In this document: positions 8,865 to 21,216 of the stretch, one piece after another
Layout of the letters: each line of letters opens with the position of its first letter
Position numbering within the stretch: position 1 is the stretch's first letter
Notes under the pieces: generated by a model
The model's input: the letters and a program-made list of their open reading frames with translations, nothing else
What the model was told of the DNA's origin: nothing
Databases searched by the model: none
From: an uncultured Muribaculaceae bacterium
GTDB lineage: Bacteria > Bacillota_I > Bacilli_A > RF39 > UBA660
Length of the DNA stretch: 64,000 nucleotides
Direction of reading: 5' to 3'
Assembly (NCBI GenBank): GCA_964370755.1
Contig: CAYJKL010000004.1
Location: 1,136-65,135 of the forward strand
Position numbers and translations under genes: made by a program

Positions 8865-9677
8865 ATGAAAAAAATTATCATTGTTGTTTTACTTTTATTT
8901 ATTTTATTATTTTTATATACGAGATATGTAGAACTATATCAAATAAATGTAAATGAATATACTATTGAAAATTCTAATATACCGGTTTCTTTTGATGGAA
9001 TTAAAATTGTTCAATTTTCTGATACTTTAATTAGTGAAGTTTATACTTTAGAGCACTTTGAGAAAATAGTTAACGAAATTAACTCTTTAGATGCTGATAT
9101 TGTTATTTTTTCTGGAGATTTAATTGATGATAATTATAAACTAAGTGATAGTGATAAAACTAAATTAATTAAGTTATTATCTAGTATTAAAAGTACCCAA
9201 TTTAATTTTGCTATAGTTGGCGATAATGATCAAAAGATCATTACAGATTATAGTGATATAATGAAGCATAGTGAATTTATTTTGCTAGATAATAAATCTT
9301 ATCCTTTATTTTACAAAGATAACTCACCTATTGTTTTAACTGGTTTAACAGATACTAGTAATTTAACTGAAAGTTATAAAATAGACGATACTATAGATAG
9401 TACTTACAGCATTACTCTAATGCATAAACCTGATGATGCTAGTAAAATTATTGATTATACTGATTTAGTACTTGGGGCACACTCTTTAGGCGGATATATT
9501 AATTTACCTTTTATCGGTCCTGTACTTGAAAAAGATGGAGCCACTAAGTATATTAATGGTTATTATAATTTAAATGATACCCCGATATACGTTAGTAATG
9601 GACTTGGTACTGAGAATACTCACCTTAGATTTAATAACTCTCCTTCAATTAATTTATATAGATTAAAAGTTAGCTAG
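8865..9677 (+). CDS. Membrane-anchored metallophosphoesterase (YkuE-like)
   Basis: Motifs FSGDLID, VGDND and GAHSLGG. I moved the start to MKKIII, which has a GAGAGGAAG RBS. Confidence 0.8.
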   Translation: MKKIIIVVLLLFILLFLYTRYVELYQINVNEYTIENSNIPVSFDGIKIVQFSDTLISEVYTLEHFEKIVNEINSLDADIVIFSGDLIDDNYKLSDSDKTKLIKLLSSIKSTQFNFAIVGDNDQKIITDYSDIMKHSEFILLDNKSYPLFYKDNSPIVLTGLTDTSNLTESYKIDDTIDSTYSITLMHKPDDASKIIDYTDLVLGAHSLGGYINLPFIGPVLEKDGATKYINGYYNLNDTPIYVSNGLGTENTHLRFNNSPSINLYRLKVS

Positions 9678-9726
9678 TATAACTTTTTTTTATTGGTTAA
9701 TAATATTTATGAAAGGATTGATATAT

Positions 9727-9936
9727 ATGGGTAAAGTACCTAAAATGATTTCTACTAAAGATTTATCTTATATAAGTGATATGTTTAACTGGAATATGAT
9801 ACTAGTTAATAAACTTAATTTATTTTTAGAAGAAGTTACTGATGAAGAAATGAAAACATTATTTAGTAATGCTCTTGATATGCATACTAAGCACGCTAAT
9901 AATTTAATTGGAATTTTAAAAGGAGGTAATGAGTAA
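9727..9936 (+). CDS. Small helical protein, possible CotF-like partner
   Basis: Start MGKVPK follows AAAGGA. The stop overlaps the next start as TAATG. Confidence 0.45.
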   Translation: MGKVPKMISTKDLSYISDMFNWNMILVNKLNLFLEEVTDEEMKTLFSNALDMHTKHANNLIGILKGGNE

Positions 9937-10196
9937 TGGATGAAAAATATTATCTATTTGATTTACTAGCTAGCGAAAAGAATATGGGAGTTAATATGGC
10001 TACTGCTATAAATGAGGCAAGCTGTGATTATTTATATAAAAAATATATGACAATGTATAAAGAAGTTAGTGAAATGCAAAAAGATTTATTTAACTATGCT
10101 TATTCTTCAAACTTTTATACACTTGAAGAAGCAGATTCTAAGAAATGTCAAACTGAGGTTGATAAAATGGAAAGTGAAATGAATAACTCAATATAA
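9936..10196 (+). CDS. Coat F domain (CotF-like) spore coat protein
   Basis: DLLASEKNM...AINEASC...pattern typical of the Coat_F domain. RBS AGGAGG lies 9 nt upstream. Confidence 0.6.
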   Translation: MDEKYYLFDLLASEKNMGVNMATAINEASCDYLYKKYMTMYKEVSEMQKDLFNYAYSSNFYTLEEADSKKCQTEVDKMESEMNNSI

Positions 10197-10201
10197 AAAA
10201 A

Positions 10202-10564
10202 TTAGGATTTTTTTCTTCTCCTAATTTTTTTTATTTTAATATAAACAAATTCTGTTATTACAAATATTATACATAATAATCTAGCAACAAAGTATGTATT
10301 TAGTATATATGAAAGTATTCCTGGAAGCATGAAACCTAGTATGAATATGATAATTATAATTATCGATAGTACTATGGATATTATTTCACCAAAAACTATT
10401 TTTAATAAAATATATTCTCTTAAAAGCGGAATCCATACTATATAGGTTCTTTTTTTATAGTGTTTTTCATGTAATTGATTTAGTATTTCTCCGAGTAATC
10501 CATAAAATGCGACTAATATAATAAATATAATTATGTGTGCTGGCACACTTAGATCTAAAAGCAT
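10202..10564 (-). CDS. Hypothetical polytopic membrane protein (120 aa)
   Basis: Three or four hydrophobic helices and a basic tail. No family recognised. Confidence 0.45.
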   Translation of the reverse strand: MLLDLSVPAHIIIFIILVAFYGLLGEILNQLHEKHYKKRTYIVWIPLLREYILLKIVFGEIISIVLSIIIIIIFILGFMLPGILSYILNTYFVARLLCIIFVITEFVYIKIKKIRRRKKS

Positions 10565-10630
10565 AATATCACTTCCTTTACTTCGAAGTTCAATGTTAGT
10601 ATTTATGCCTTAATTATACAAGTAAAAAAG

Positions 10631-13511
<2,881 letters not shown>

Positions 13512-13512
13512 T

Positions 13513-14412
13513 TTAATTCTCCCATAAATTTCTTGGATATTCTCCAGCTTCTATCATTTTATTTATTTCACTTTTGAACCCTTCTAAATCTTCTTTATAT
13601 GTAATTCCCATCCATTTTGAATCTGTAATTACTTCGAATAACTTAATTTTTTCTTTTTTTATGTATTCATTTAAGAATATTGATAATAAACACTCGTTAG
13701 TGTCATTTATATTTTTTAGGAATTCTAAATAATATTCTTCTAAATGTTTAAATATTGAAGTTTTATAAACAAAGAAATTCATTGAACATCCCATATTACC
13801 ATCTACTTCAAATAATTCTTCTTTATCTAGTTCTTTAGCTATGTATTTACCATTTTCTTCTTTTATTACTGATTCTAGTACATTATTAAGGTTTCCTTCA
13901 TTATCTTTATAACAAAGACCTCTTTTAACTTCAAGTGCACCACTTGTAACATTTTTAAGTGGATAATTAATCGTTAAATGTGTATCTTCGTTTAAACTAA
14001 TGTCCATAAATGCTGATGCACTTTCTAAAGCTTTTTCTCCATAAAAGTCATCTGCATTAAGTATTCCAAACGTTCCATCTATAACATTTTTTGCACAAAG
14101 TAATGCATGCACTGTACCAAGCATTTTTGTTCTTGTTTCAGGTATCTTATATTCTGGATATATTTCATTTAACTCTTGAAAAGCAAATGCAATTTCTACT
14201 TTATCTTTATATTTACTAACTATTTTTTCTTCAAAAATTTGCAAGTGCTCTCTTCTAATTATAAATACTATTTTTGTAAAACCATGCTTAATTGCGTTAT
14301 AAATATTGTAATCACTTATTATTTCTCCACTTGGTCCTACTGGTTCAAGTTGTTTTATTCCTCCAAATCTTGATCCCATTCCTGCTGCTAATATTACTAG
14401 CGTCTTTTTCAT
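13513..14412 (-). CDS. Sugar-phosphate nucleotidyltransferase-fold protein (paralog 1)
   Basis: The same AAGMGSRFGGIKQ motif. There is a 1-nt gap to the next paralog. Confidence 0.7.
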   Translation of the reverse strand: MKKTLVILAAGMGSRFGGIKQLEPVGPSGEIISDYNIYNAIKHGFTKIVFIIRREHLQIFEEKIVSKYKDKVEIAFAFQELNEIYPEYKIPETRTKMLGTVHALLCAKNVIDGTFGILNADDFYGEKALESASAFMDISLNEDTHLTINYPLKNVTSGALEVKRGLCYKDNEGNLNNVLESVIKEENGKYIAKELDKEELFEVDGNMGCSMNFFVYKTSIFKHLEEYYLEFLKNINDTNECLLSIFLNEYIKKEKIKLFEVITDSKWMGITYKEDLEGFKSEINKMIEAGEYPRNLWEN

Positions 14413-14431
14413 ATTTTATTTTCTCCTTCTC

Positions 14432-16516
14432 TTATCCTCTTTTTAATCCTTTAAAATCTTTTAGTACTTTTTTATTTCCAAATCTTGCAGAAAAAGCTAT
14501 TGTTACAAATCTATCATCTACACTTGTTACTGTTCCTCTTCCAAAAGTTACATGAAATAATGTTTCTCCAACACTGTACTCTTCTTTGTTTCCATAATAT
14601 ACAGTAGTATCTACTACTTTGTCAATTATTTTTCTTTTTTCTTCTTTTCTTTCTAACAATGAATCATTTATTTCATCAATAAATCTTGATGGCATATTAG
14701 CACTCATTTTACCATATAACATTCTGCGCTCTGCATTTGTTATATAAAGTTTTTCTTTTGCTCTTGTGATTGCTACATAACAAAGTCTTCTTTCTTCTTC
14801 AAGTGCTTCTCTATCAAATAATGAATTTTGATGAGGAAGTATTCCCTCTTCACTACCTATTATAAACACTATCTTAAACTCTAAACCTTTAGATCCATGT
14901 ATTGTCATAAGCGTTACTACATCATCATAATCTTTATGGTCTGTAATGTCTGCTACTAATGAAATATCTTCTAAAAAGTCTTCTAAGTTTACTGACCCAG
15001 TTTCTTTTTGATAATTTTCAGTTATACTTTTAAACTCAAGTAAGTTTTCTATTCTAAGATCTGCTTCAAGCGCTTTTTCACTTTCAAGTTCTTTTAATAT
15101 CCCACTTTTATCAAGTACACAGTCAATAAGCTCAGTGAGTGATAAATTTTCTTTTTCTTTGATAATATCTAATATTATATCTTTAAATACTAACTGTTTT
15201 TTATCTTCTATTGATGCAAACATACTATTATTTTCTAGAGTTGCTTTATCTCTAAGTGTCGCTACTGCTTTTTCTCCAATTCCTCTTTTCGGTACATTTA
15301 TTATTCTTTCAAGTGAAATATCATCACTATTATTTGATATAAGTTTTAAATATGCAAGTAAATCTTTAATTTCTTTACGCTTATAAAAGAAAAAACTTCC
15401 TACTACTTTATATGGTATATTTGCTTTCATCATTGCTTCTTCTATACCTCGTGATTGTGCATTAGTTCTGTAAAATATCGCAATATCTTTTCTGTTATAT
15501 CCACTTGAAACTAAATTTTTAATTTCTTCTGTTACATAACTTACTTCACTATGATCGTTAAACGCTCTATTATATTTTATTTTAAAACCGTCACCAAGTT
15601 CTGAGAATAAATCAACATCTTTTTTATCTTTATTATTTTTTATAACATCATTTGCGGCTTTTAATATTGTTGTTGTACTTCTATAATTTTGATTAAGTGT
15701 TATTACTTTACAATCTTTGAAATCTTTTTCAAAATTTAAAATATTTTTATAATTTGACCATCTAAATGCGTATATACTTTGATTTACATCTCCTACTACA
15801 AATATATTTCCATGCTTTTTAGAAAGTAATCTAACTAATTTATACTGCACTTCATTTGTATCTTGATATTCATCTATTAAGATATATTTAAATCTTTCTT
15901 GGTATGCCTCTAATACATCTGGATTACTCATTAAAAGTTCTACTGGTTTTCTAAGCAAATCATCAAAATCTATTGCGTTATTTTTCTTAAGTATATCTTC
16001 ATATTTATAATAAATTTCTGCTGCTTTTTTATCTATGTAAGATGTAAAGTATTTTTCAACTCCTGCACTTGTTAACATTTCATTTTTTATAAAACTAATT
16101 TTATTTTTTACATATGAAGGACTAATCTCTTTTGGGTCATAACCTAAATCTTTAATTATTTTTTTTATTACATTCGCTGCATCATCTGAATCTATTATAC
16201 TAAAGTTTCTAAGTAGATTCATTTTTTCAAAATTTTCTCTTATAACTTTAACACCAAATGAATGAAATGTTCCAACAAATGCATAATTATCAGGTACTAG
16301 ATGACCTAATCTTTCTCTCATCTCTTTAGCTGCTTTATTTGTAAATGTGATTGCTAAAATATTTCCAGAGTGTTCTCCACTATCAATTAGATTTGCAATT
16401 CTTGTTGTTAATACTTTAGTCTTTCCAGAACCTGCTCCTGCTATAACTAAGCAAGGCCCTTCCTTATGTGTTGCTGCCAATTTTTGATTTTCGTTTAATC
16501 CATCTATATAACTCAT
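14432..16516 (-). CDS. pcrA: ATP-dependent DNA helicase PcrA (UvrD family)
   Basis: Walker A GAGSGKT, DEYQDT, and the helicase motifs VGDVNQSIYAFR and TIHGSKGLEF. Confidence 0.95.
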   Translation of the reverse strand: MSYIDGLNENQKLAATHKEGPCLVIAGAGSGKTKVLTTRIANLIDSGEHSGNILAITFTNKAAKEMRERLGHLVPDNYAFVGTFHSFGVKVIRENFEKMNLLRNFSIIDSDDAANVIKKIIKDLGYDPKEISPSYVKNKISFIKNEMLTSAGVEKYFTSYIDKKAAEIYYKYEDILKKNNAIDFDDLLRKPVELLMSNPDVLEAYQERFKYILIDEYQDTNEVQYKLVRLLSKKHGNIFVVGDVNQSIYAFRWSNYKNILNFEKDFKDCKVITLNQNYRSTTTILKAANDVIKNNKDKKDVDLFSELGDGFKIKYNRAFNDHSEVSYVTEEIKNLVSSGYNRKDIAIFYRTNAQSRGIEEAMMKANIPYKVVGSFFFYKRKEIKDLLAYLKLISNNSDDISLERIINVPKRGIGEKAVATLRDKATLENNSMFASIEDKKQLVFKDIILDIIKEKENLSLTELIDCVLDKSGILKELESEKALEADLRIENLLEFKSITENYQKETGSVNLEDFLEDISLVADITDHKDYDDVVTLMTIHGSKGLEFKIVFIIGSEEGILPHQNSLFDREALEEERRLCYVAITRAKEKLYITNAERRMLYGKMSANMPSRFIDEINDSLLERKEEKRKIIDKVVDTTVYYGNKEEYSVGETLFHVTFGRGTVTSVDDRFVTIAFSARFGNKKVLKDFKGLKRG

Positions 16517-16549
16517 ATTATACCCACCATTCGTATAACTATTATACCA

Positions 16550-16577
16550 AAATAAAAAGGTCTTTTAAACCTTTTTT
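16550..16577 (-). terminator. Rho-independent terminator after the vWA-pilin gene
   Basis: AAAAGGT / ACCTTTT stem with a 7-nt loop, followed by a T-rich run on the minus strand. Confidence 0.55.
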
Positions 16578-16579
16578 GA

Positions 16580-18586
16580 TTAGTTATTGTAATAATATAT
16601 TATTTGAACATCTGAAAAATTTCCATCTAATTTGAGGTAACTATCTATTTTTGTCAAATCTATGCTATCTTTAGTATCGTTTAAAAACTTAATTATGTCA
16701 TTATATTCTGTTGTCTCAAAATATATTTCTTCAGTCTTTGGATTTATAATTGTAAATGGTTTATCAATATCTACTACTATTCCAGGTGTGCTTATTAGTC
16801 CGTTTACTGAGTATGTTGGAATTATTTCTGCTATATCTTCTGTAATATCCTTTAACACTTCTGTTAATTCTTCTGAACCAACACTTGATTCATAATATAG
16901 TTTTTCCCCCTCATCATTTTCGCTTGCAAAATTTTTTAAAAAAGATGAGTTTACAGAATCACCAAGTCCAATAGTATATAATTTATTTATATATTCACTT
17001 TTTAAAGTATCAGCTTCTGTAGTACCATCATTTGAAGATCCATCACTTAAGAATATTACAAAAGAGTTTTCTTTATTAAATTCTTCTGGAGCTCCTTTTA
17101 TTACATTTATTGCTTCTGACAACCCACTAGAAAAACTTGTTCCTCCTGATGCATTCATGTCATTTACTATATCGATTACATCATTTTTATCTTCTAAATA
17201 TTCTCCTGCGGTATGAGCTGAAGAGGAGAATATAACTACAGAAAATATAGTTCCTGGTACATAATCCGTATTATCCATCAATACTTTTACTGCATTTTGT
17301 AAAGCATCTAGACCTCTTCCAGCCATACTTCCTGAATCATCTAGCACAAATACAATATGGGATTTTCCAACAGTATTCATATTGTCTTCGTTATATTTAA
17401 TTAAATTTATACTACGGTCATTAAAATTATATTTTGCAGTAAGCGTTATATTTTCAGTTATGTCTTTTGAACTTACGTCTTTTGAACTTGTAATTTTGTT
17501 TCCTAATTCATCATACCATCCATCAAATGTATATCCGTTTTTTTGTGGTATTGAAAGTGGTATATTTGGATCATTTTTATCAAATAATTTTGTTTCATCT
17601 TCAAATTGAGGATTGTCATAAATTATAGTTATTTTTCCTATATCCATTTCGCTTTTATATTTGTTTCCAACATTATCTATTGCGCATAAATACTGAATTC
17701 CTGTAGTGGTTACACTTATGCTTGATGGTAGTGTATCATTTTCATTAAATGTACAGTCTTCATCTCCTAATTTATAACTTTTAAGTCCTGAACCTACATC
17801 AGATACTTTTATTTCTAGTTCTTGAGTTTCGTCAGTGCTTATTTTTTTTGATGTTACTATAGGAGCTGCTTTATCCACTCTAATTCTAGAATCTGTTACA
17901 AACTGATAATCTTTTTCTTCGTGTGTATATTCTAAAGTTACATAAAAATATGCGTCTAATACATCCGTAGGCATTTCAAAAGTTATTTTTTTTCCATTTT
18001 CTAAACTTTCTGTATTCATGTAATATCCATGGTCACTATACCAAGTTAGTTTTACGTTTGTCGCGGTATTTAAATGCTCATTTATCTCTGTTCGATTTAT
18101 TTCTAAATTAAGTTCATTTAATGTTCCGAGCCAATTTTCACATTCTTTTCCATCACATTTTATTTTTATATCATCTTCTTTTGCTTCAAAATATTCGCAT
18201 GAAAAATCCAAATCTTTACTTTCAATTTCGTCTTCATTTTCTAAAGTTACTATGTACTCTCCGTCTTTATATTCTATTTTATACATTAAACAATTTAATT
18301 TTTTTGAATTATCTCTTGGGTCATATATAAAACCATCTGAGTCATCAGCTATAATGTAACCGCCTTTAATTAGTTCATCAATTGTTACGTATGTTATTTT
18401 AGATGTAGCATTTTCAAAAGCAAAAGTTTTAGCTTTACTTTCAATATTCGTAAGTATATTTGTTAGCTGGTTATCTTCTATATCTCTTTTTATGCTAAGA
18501 AATGAACTCGCTGCTATACTAACTATAATAGCAAGCACAATTATTACCGCTAGTAGTTCTGTTAGTGTAAATCCTTTATTATTCAT
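16580..18586 (-). CDS. Modular type IV pilin-like protein with a C-terminal von Willebrand factor A domain
   Basis: Class III prepilin signal MNNKG/FTLTELLAVIIVLAII. It also has a GYTFDGWYDELGN repeat (Listeria-Bacteroides type) and the vWA MIDAS motif VLDDSGSM. Confidence 0.8.
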   Translation of the reverse strand: MNNKGFTLTELLAVIIVLAIIVSIAASSFLSIKRDIEDNQLTNILTNIESKAKTFAFENATSKITYVTIDELIKGGYIIADDSDGFIYDPRDNSKKLNCLMYKIEYKDGEYIVTLENEDEIESKDLDFSCEYFEAKEDDIKIKCDGKECENWLGTLNELNLEINRTEINEHLNTATNVKLTWYSDHGYYMNTESLENGKKITFEMPTDVLDAYFYVTLEYTHEEKDYQFVTDSRIRVDKAAPIVTSKKISTDETQELEIKVSDVGSGLKSYKLGDEDCTFNENDTLPSSISVTTTGIQYLCAIDNVGNKYKSEMDIGKITIIYDNPQFEDETKLFDKNDPNIPLSIPQKNGYTFDGWYDELGNKITSSKDVSSKDITENITLTAKYNFNDRSINLIKYNEDNMNTVGKSHIVFVLDDSGSMAGRGLDALQNAVKVLMDNTDYVPGTIFSVVIFSSSAHTAGEYLEDKNDVIDIVNDMNASGGTSFSSGLSEAINVIKGAPEEFNKENSFVIFLSDGSSNDGTTEADTLKSEYINKLYTIGLGDSVNSSFLKNFASENDEGEKLYYESSVGSEELTEVLKDITEDIAEIIPTYSVNGLISTPGIVVDIDKPFTIINPKTEEIYFETTEYNDIIKFLNDTKDSIDLTKIDSYLKLDGNFSDVQIIYYYNN

Positions 18587-18641
18587 ATTTTTATTCCTTT
18601 ATTATATATAAATAATACCTTATTTTTGACTTTTTTTCAAT

Positions 18642-18665
18642 AAAAAAATTAGTTTTCACTAATTT
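18642..18665 (-). terminator. Rho-independent terminator after the CotY/Z-like gene
   Basis: AAATTAGT-GAAA-ACTAATT T stem-loop (8 bp, GAAA tetraloop), followed by a T run on the minus strand. Confidence 0.6.
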
Positions 18666-18667
18666 TT

Positions 18668-19105
18668 CTAACAAACGCATTCAACGTATGTATCTGTTAA
18701 ACACCTTAAAGAACATAAACAGTCTGTATTCATAGTGAAGAAAGATGTTGTTGCTACATAAGGATTTAAGCTAGTTGTATCTGGATTTGGAATAAGCACT
18801 CTAAATGTTGCACAGTTACAATCTATTTTTTCTACTCTAAATACTGATGAGCAGTCAGAAGTTATTCCTTGTCCTCCGCAGTCTGTAGTTGTATCCTTAG
18901 AAACAGGCATTGACCATGGTGTTCCATTGCCACAGCATGTATATAACATTACCGGTCTAGTATTACATACTAAACAGTTTGGACCTCCACCTAGTAGTGG
19001 TCTATCACAAGTGTCCATACAGTTTTCTGGACAAGCATTTTCTTGAAGCACTAAGATTACATTTAAGATATCTGTAATACAGCTTGAATTTTTTGTATCG
19101 TTCAT
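18668..19105 (-). CDS. CotY/CotZ/ExsY-family Cys-rich spore coat or crust protein
   Basis: About 20 Cys in 145 aa. The ITDIL..IL.LQE...C...NTRPVMLYT pattern is typical of the CotZ/CotY family. Confidence 0.65.
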   Translation of the reverse strand: MNDTKNSSCITDILNVILVLQENACPENCMDTCDRPLLGGGPNCLVCNTRPVMLYTCCGNGTPWSMPVSKDTTTDCGGQGITSDCSSVFRVEKIDCNCATFRVLIPNPDTTSLNPYVATTSFFTMNTDCLCSLRCLTDTYVECVC

Positions 19106-19133
19106 AATTTCACCCTTTCATATATTTCATTAG

Positions 19134-19160
19134 TAATTTATGTGAAGTTTTTACTTTTGT
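19134..19160 (-). promoter_or_regulatory. Possible sigma-K-type sporulation promoter
   Basis: Minus strand AC, 16 nt, CATAAATTA (consensus AC-16/17-CATAnnnTA), about 30 nt upstream of the CotY/Z-like start. Confidence 0.3.
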
Positions 19161-19241
19161 GATGGTGCTTTACTATTAATTTTATATTTATTGTTTTTTT
19201 TTAGACTAAAATGTAGTATAATTATTTTAGGTGATATGAAA

Positions 19242-19559
19242 ATGGAAATATGGTTACAATATATAATAATAGGTTTTATCTTAGTTATAATTACTTTAGT
19301 AATTGCTAAACTTAATAAAAAAGGCTTTGATGTTGAGGCAAATAAGCTTATTACATATTTAGGTGGAAAAGATAATATAGTTAATGCTGAAGTTAATGTT
19401 AGTAGAATAAGAGTTATTTTAAAAGATGTTTCTAAAGCAGATAAAGAAGCTATTCAAAAACTTGGAGCTAAAGGTGTTGTAGAAATTGATAATCAGCTTA
19501 AAATCATTTTTGATAAAAAAGCTAAGTCATTTAAAAAATATATCGAAGATTTAATCTAA
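19242..19559 (+). CDS. Membrane-anchored PTS EIIB-like domain protein lacking the phospho-Cys
   Basis: LGGKDNIVNAEVNVSRIRVILKD aligns by eye to the EIIB(Glc) motif LGGxxNIxxxxxCxTRLR, with Cys replaced by Val. I moved the start to MEIW after AGGTGA. Confidence 0.5.
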   Translation: MEIWLQYIIIGFILVIITLVIAKLNKKGFDVEANKLITYLGGKDNIVNAEVNVSRIRVILKDVSKADKEAIQKLGAKGVVEIDNQLKIIFDKKAKSFKKYIEDLI

Positions 19560-19571
19560 GATATATTTTTT

Positions 19572-19862
19572 TTATGCAAGTTCAATGTCTAGAATGTCTG
19601 ATATTTTTATTTTTTCACCTTCAAATGTGAGCAAATAATTTCCAACTCTACCTACTATTACTTTTTCAAGAGTTTCACTATTTTTAATTATTCTAACTTT
19701 TTTCTTATAAATGTAACTACTTGAAGCAAAAATATCTTTTATCTTCATTGATAAATTTCTTTTGTCCATATTTCTATTATTATTTTTTGTTGTGCACTCA
19801 CGCTGAAAATTATCAAACTCTTTGTCTATTGGATTTACATATACATTTGGTAAATCTTTCAT
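19572..19862 (-). CDS. Hypothetical protein (96 aa)
   Basis: ORF with an ATG start (MKDLPN) after AAGGGTGA. The track start at 19871 is a GTG lying inside the RBS. Confidence 0.45.
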   Translation of the reverse strand: MKDLPNVYVNPIDKEFDNFQRECTTKNNNRNMDKRNLSMKIKDIFASSSYIYKKKVRIIKNSETLEKVIVGRVGNYLLTFEGEKIKISDILDIELA

Positions 19863-19885
19863 AATTATCACCCTTTGTATAATTT

Positions 19886-20983
19886 ATGTTAAAATTAGGT
19901 ATTTTGTACCATAATAATAGTATGAATGTAAAAAAGGAAATAAAAATACTGTTTTTTATTTTTATTATAATGATTTTTAGTTTACTAAATATGTTTAATG
20001 CATCAGTTACTAATGATCTTTATAGTGATTATTTTATAAAACAATTAGTTTGGTATGTAATAGGTTTTATATGTTTTTTTGTAATGTTTAAAATTAATTT
20101 TAAAACTGTATTTAAACTTAGTTTTTTTCTTTATTTATTTAGTATTTTGCTACTTATTTTAGTACTTATTTTTGGTGTAGAAGTAAATGGCGCTAAAGCA
20201 TGGTTTGATTTTAAGTTTTTTTCTTTTCAGCCAAGTGAGTTCACGAAACTTTCTTTAGCTTTATATTTAACTTATATTACAAATGAATATAATAAAAGTA
20301 ATAAAATAAATGATTTTTTATTTATTGTCAAATTATCTATTTTGACATTAATACCTTCAATATTAGTGTTTATCGAACCTGATACTGGTGCTATTATTTT
20401 TTATTTAATAATTTTATTTGTTTGTTTGGTAAACTCAAAGATAAACAAAAAGTGGTTATTACTTATTCTTGCTTTGGTTTTAGTAGTTTTAGCTGCATTT
20501 AGTTATTTATTTTTTTTTCAAAGTGATCTATTAATAGATTTAATAGGTACTACTTTTTTTTATAGAGTTGATAGACTTATTAACTTTGGTGATAATTATC
20601 AAATTGTAAACGCACTTACTTTAATTGGGTCTAGTGGTTTATTTGGAAGCGGTCTTTATATGAGTTCTTTATATGTACCAGAGGCTCCAACAGATTTTAT
20701 ATTTGCTTATAATATTGGTAATTTTGGACTATTAGGTTTTAGTATAGTTACACTTTCATATCTAATTTTAAATATTTTTCTTATAACAAATGTAAAACAA
20801 GCAACTAATAAATTGCTTGCTTATATCTTTATTTCATTATTTATTTTTCAACAATTATATAATATTTTAATGAATATTGGACTTTTACCTATAATGGGTA
20901 TTCCTCTTCCATTTTTATCTTATGGTGGAACTAGTTTAGTTATTTATTTTGTATTCTTATCTTTTTACTTTAAATCTACTTAA
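19886..20983 (+). CDS. SEDS-family peptidoglycan polymerase (FtsW/RodA/SpoVE)
   Basis: FQPSEFTKL and LPFLSYGGTSL motifs and about 10 TM helices. The start is uncertain (19886 or 19922). Confidence 0.9.
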   Translation: MLKLGILYHNNSMNVKKEIKILFFIFIIMIFSLLNMFNASVTNDLYSDYFIKQLVWYVIGFICFFVMFKINFKTVFKLSFFLYLFSILLLILVLIFGVEVNGAKAWFDFKFFSFQPSEFTKLSLALYLTYITNEYNKSNKINDFLFIVKLSILTLIPSILVFIEPDTGAIIFYLIILFVCLVNSKINKKWLLLILALVLVVLAAFSYLFFFQSDLLIDLIGTTFFYRVDRLINFGDNYQIVNALTLIGSSGLFGSGLYMSSLYVPEAPTDFIFAYNIGNFGLLGFSIVTLSYLILNIFLITNVKQATNKLLAYIFISLFIFQQLYNILMNIGLLPIMGIPLPFLSYGGTSLVIYFVFLSFYFKST

Positions 20984-21216
20984 TATGTTGGATAATAATA
21001 ACTATAGCTTTGGTATCCGTATGGTCTTGGTGGATAGGCTTGCGCTGGTGGATATACGTAAACTGGTCTTGGCCTTGCTACAGATGCTACTGCTCCTCCT
21101 GCAAGTGCTCCAAATAAAAATGGTGCTGCTAAAAAGAATCTATCCCCTTCACCTTGTTTGTAACTCATTTTGTTAATATTATTATATTTCATGTAAGGAT
21201 TGTATGTTTGATTCAT
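20980..21216 (-). CDS. Small Pro/Tyr-rich protein with one hydrophobic Gly/Ala segment (78 aa)
   Basis: ORF with RBS AGGAGG. The tail is RPRPVYVYPPAQAYPPRPYGYQSYSYYYPTY. Confidence 0.45.
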   Translation of the reverse strand: MNQTYNPYMKYNNINKMSYKQGEGDRFFLAAPFLFGALAGGAVASVARPRPVYVYPPAQAYPPRPYGYQSYSYYYPTY

